A stretch of DNA of 64,000 nucleotides. It comes from Gemmatimonadales bacterium. GTDB lineage: Bacteria; Gemmatimonadota; Gemmatimonadetes; Gemmatimonadales; GWC2-71-9. Made by a program: the position numbers and the translations under genes. Position 1 is the stretch's first letter; every line of letters begins with the position of its first letter. A model generated the notes under the pieces. It was not told the DNA's origin. It saw only the letters and a list, made by a program, of their open reading frames with translations, and did not search any database. Of the stretch, positions 62,088-64,000 are shown piece by piece. The DNA lies in contig DATDEZ010000119.1 of assembly GCA_036522875.1 (NCBI GenBank), positions 244 to 64,243 of the forward strand, read 5' to 3'.

Positions 62088-62130
62088 GATTTCCTCCTGG
62101 TTGCCCGGTGCGTGTGCAGCGTACGCCTAA

Positions 62131-63237
62131 ATGTCGCACAAAGTTTCTTCCTGTGAAGTCTTAGTCGCGGGCGGCGGCATCATCGGCGCCGCCTGTGCTC
62201 GCGCCCTCGCGCTGCGCGGGCGCAAGGTCGTGATCTGCGAACCCGGCCCCGACCCAGCCGCCGCCTCCGCGGCGTCCGCGGGGATCCTGGGACCGCAGAT
62301 CGAGCGCGCCGACGAAATGCTGCGGGCGCTGGGCTTGCGAGCGCGCGACCTCTACGAGCCGCTCGCGGCGTCGCTGCTCGAAACCACCGGGATCGACATC
62401 GGCCTGTGGCGCGAAGGCATCGCGTCGCTCGCGTTCGCAGAAGCCGAAGCCGAGCGCCTGCGGGACGCCGTCGCCGACCAGCGCCAGGCCGGACTGCGCT
62501 GCGACTGGCTCGAGCCTCCCGAGGTCGCGGAGCGCTTCCCTGCCACGGCGCCGTGTCTCGGCGCGCTGCTCGCTCCCGAAGACGGCGCGGTCGATGCGCC
62601 CGCGTTGACTCGCGCGCTGCGCGCGGATGCGCAGCGCGCCGGCGCGCAGACCATCACGGCGCGCGTCACTCGCCTCAGCACGATTCTTGGCCGTGTCACG
62701 GGCGCCGAAACGTCGGCGGGAAAAATTCGCGCGGAGCACGTCGTGATCGCGGCAGGCTCGTGGTCGCCGCGCATCGAGCATCTGCCGCGCACCCTGCCGG
62801 TCGAGCCGGTGCGCGGCCAGATGGCCGCCGCGCCCTGGCCGCCCAACATGCCGCGGACCGTGCTGTACTACGAGCACAGCTACGTGCTCGCGCGCAGCGG
62901 CGAGGCGATCTTCGGAAGCACGATGGAGCAGGTCGGCTTCGACGGCGGCGTCACCGATGCCGGCGTGCGCGACATCGTCGCCGCGGCTCGCCGGTTACTG
63001 CCCGGTCTCCCGGCCAAGCCCACACGCACCTGGGCCGGACTACGCCCACTCACGCCGGACGGCCGGCCTATCGTCGGACCCGATCCCGAGGTGCGGGGCT
63101 TATGGTATGCCACCGGCCACGGTCGCAACGGCGTGCTGCTCGCCGGCCTCACGGGCGATATCATCGGCGATCTCGTCACCACGGGCGCCACCGAGGTAGA
63201 GATTGCCTCTCTCGCCCCCGAGCGATTTACTTCATAG
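62131..63237 (+). CDS. thiO: FAD-dependent glycine oxidase-like oxidoreductase (DAO family)
   Basis: 368 aa. Dinucleotide motif VLVAGGGIIGAACA and the ThiO-like ATGHGRNGVLLAG near the C-terminus. Confidence 0.7.
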   Translation: MSHKVSSCEVLVAGGGIIGAACARALALRGRKVVICEPGPDPAAASAASAGILGPQIERADEMLRALGLRARDLYEPLAASLLETTGIDIGLWREGIASLAFAEAEAERLRDAVADQRQAGLRCDWLEPPEVAERFPATAPCLGALLAPEDGAVDAPALTRALRADAQRAGAQTITARVTRLSTILGRVTGAETSAGKIRAEHVVIAAGSWSPRIEHLPRTLPVEPVRGQMAAAPWPPNMPRTVLYYEHSYVLARSGEAIFGSTMEQVGFDGGVTDAGVRDIVAAARRLLPGLPAKPTRTWAGLRPLTPDGRPIVGPDPEVRGLWYATGHGRNGVLLAGLTGDIIGDLVTTGATEVEIASLAPERFTS

Positions 63238-64000
63238 ATGTTTCGCAGTTGTGCCTTTTGTAACGCGTCATTCGATGGTGATGGGGGTCCCTCGGGCCTC
63301 GGCGTCGGGCGGCGCATTGCGTTCGACGAGTGGAAGGGCCGGCTGTGGGTCGTCTGCCCACGGTGCAGTCGCTGGAATCTCACGCCGTTCGACGATCGAC
63401 TCGAGCACATCGAGGCCGTCGCCCGCGCGGCCGCCACGGGCCGCATCGCGGCATCGACGGACCAAGTCTCACTGATCCGCTTCCAACAATACGATTTCGT
63501 GCGCATCGGAAAGCCGCCACGCGTCGAGCTGTCGACCTGGCGCTACGGCGAGCGGCTGCGCAATCGCCAGCGCGAGCGGATGAGAGTCGTCGTGCCACTC
63601 ACGATCGCCGCGATCGGCCTCGGCGTCGCGGCCAACGTGGCGGCCGGCGGCGGATTCGGCGTGGTCATCTGGAACGTCCACCGGCTCGCCGACTGGGTCT
63701 ACTTGAGCCTGATGGGCCGACGCAAGATCCTGATCGCCGAGCCTCCGGTCTGCGCGCACTGCGGCACGCTCATGGAGCTGCGCGCGAAGCACGTGCAGCA
63801 CGCGCGTCTCGTCCCCGACGCGCATGCGGAGATGGCGGTCGTGCTCAGTTGTCCCCGCTGCCAGCATGAAGGCGCCCAACTCACCGGGAGCGACGCGATC
63901 CAGGTGGTGCGTCAGGGTCTGACGTACTTGAACGTCGCGCGCGCCGGTCGCAAACGCGCGGAAGACGCCGCGCGCGAGGTCGATGCCGCCGGCGGGCCCG
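63238..64000 (+). CDS. zinc-ribbon membrane protein, unknown function, 3' partial
   Basis: Manual translation from the ATG directly after the thiO stop gives MFRSCAFCNASF...VVCPRCSRW, a hydrophobic segment VVVPLTIAAIGLGVAANVAAGGGFGVVIW, and a second CAHC...CPRC pair. The frame stays open to the window end, so it is absent from the ORF track. Confidence 0.5.
   Translation, partial: MFRSCAFCNASFDGDGGPSGLGVGRRIAFDEWKGRLWVVCPRCSRWNLTPFDDRLEHIEAVARAAATGRIAASTDQVSLIRFQQYDFVRIGKPPRVELSTWRYGERLRNRQRERMRVVVPLTIAAIGLGVAANVAAGGGFGVVIWNVHRLADWVYLSLMGRRKILIAEPPVCAHCGTLMELRAKHVQHARLVPDAHAEMAVVLSCPRCQHEGAQLTGSDAIQVVRQGLTYLNVARAGRKRAEDAAREVDAAGGP

Overview
This is a 64-kb bacterial chromosomal segment. It is visibly GC-rich (roughly two thirds G+C by eye, with codon third positions almost all G/C) and very gene-dense. 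I support about 65 protein-coding genes. I found no rRNA or tRNA genes, no CRISPR array, and no transposase, integrase or phage genes. The content is mostly core metabolism and maintenance:
- DNA and nucleotide functions: DUF721/DciA-gyrB, ligA, HU, tdk-coaE, thymidine phosphorylase, folE.
- Glycine cleavage: gcvH, gcvP and a lipoate ligase-like gene.
- Peptide uptake and breakdown: a 5-gene Dpp/Opp-type peptide ABC transporter, two tandem POT peptide transporters, several peptidases (two M24, TldD/PmbA, M23, C26, DUF1028) and a TonB-dependent receptor.
- Other: a hybrid histidine kinase and a glycosyltransferase cluster.

The lineage is probably a GC-rich Gram-negative phylum such as Gemmatimonadota, but that is a guess from protein flavour only.

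The most system-like feature is a translationally coupled minus-strand block (30010 to 21372). It encodes a DUF2283-like protein, a SAM O-methyltransferase, a NurA-like protein, a HerA-like ATPase with an odd P-loop, SbcD/Mre11, SbcC/Rad50 and a GNAT. This is an archaeal-style HerA-NurA-Mre11-Rad50 linkage in a bacterium, and it could serve DNA-end processing or defence.

Other observations worth a second look:
- An in-frame TGA separates an FmdB zinc-ribbon ORF from a PspA/IM30-like ORF that has no canonical start codon.
- A 32-nt heptad-repeat element is present twice, in opposite orientations.
- Seven of nine convergent gene pairs share a 4-nt YTAR overlapping stop.
- Several divergent gene pairs have touching or near-touching start codons, which suggests leaderless transcripts.
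- A DEAD-box-derived protein has lost its ATPase motifs but keeps a DbpA RNA-binding domain.

All product calls come from reading motifs in the translations. No database search was run. Long antisense ORFs in the six-frame track are treated as GC-rich shadow ORFs.
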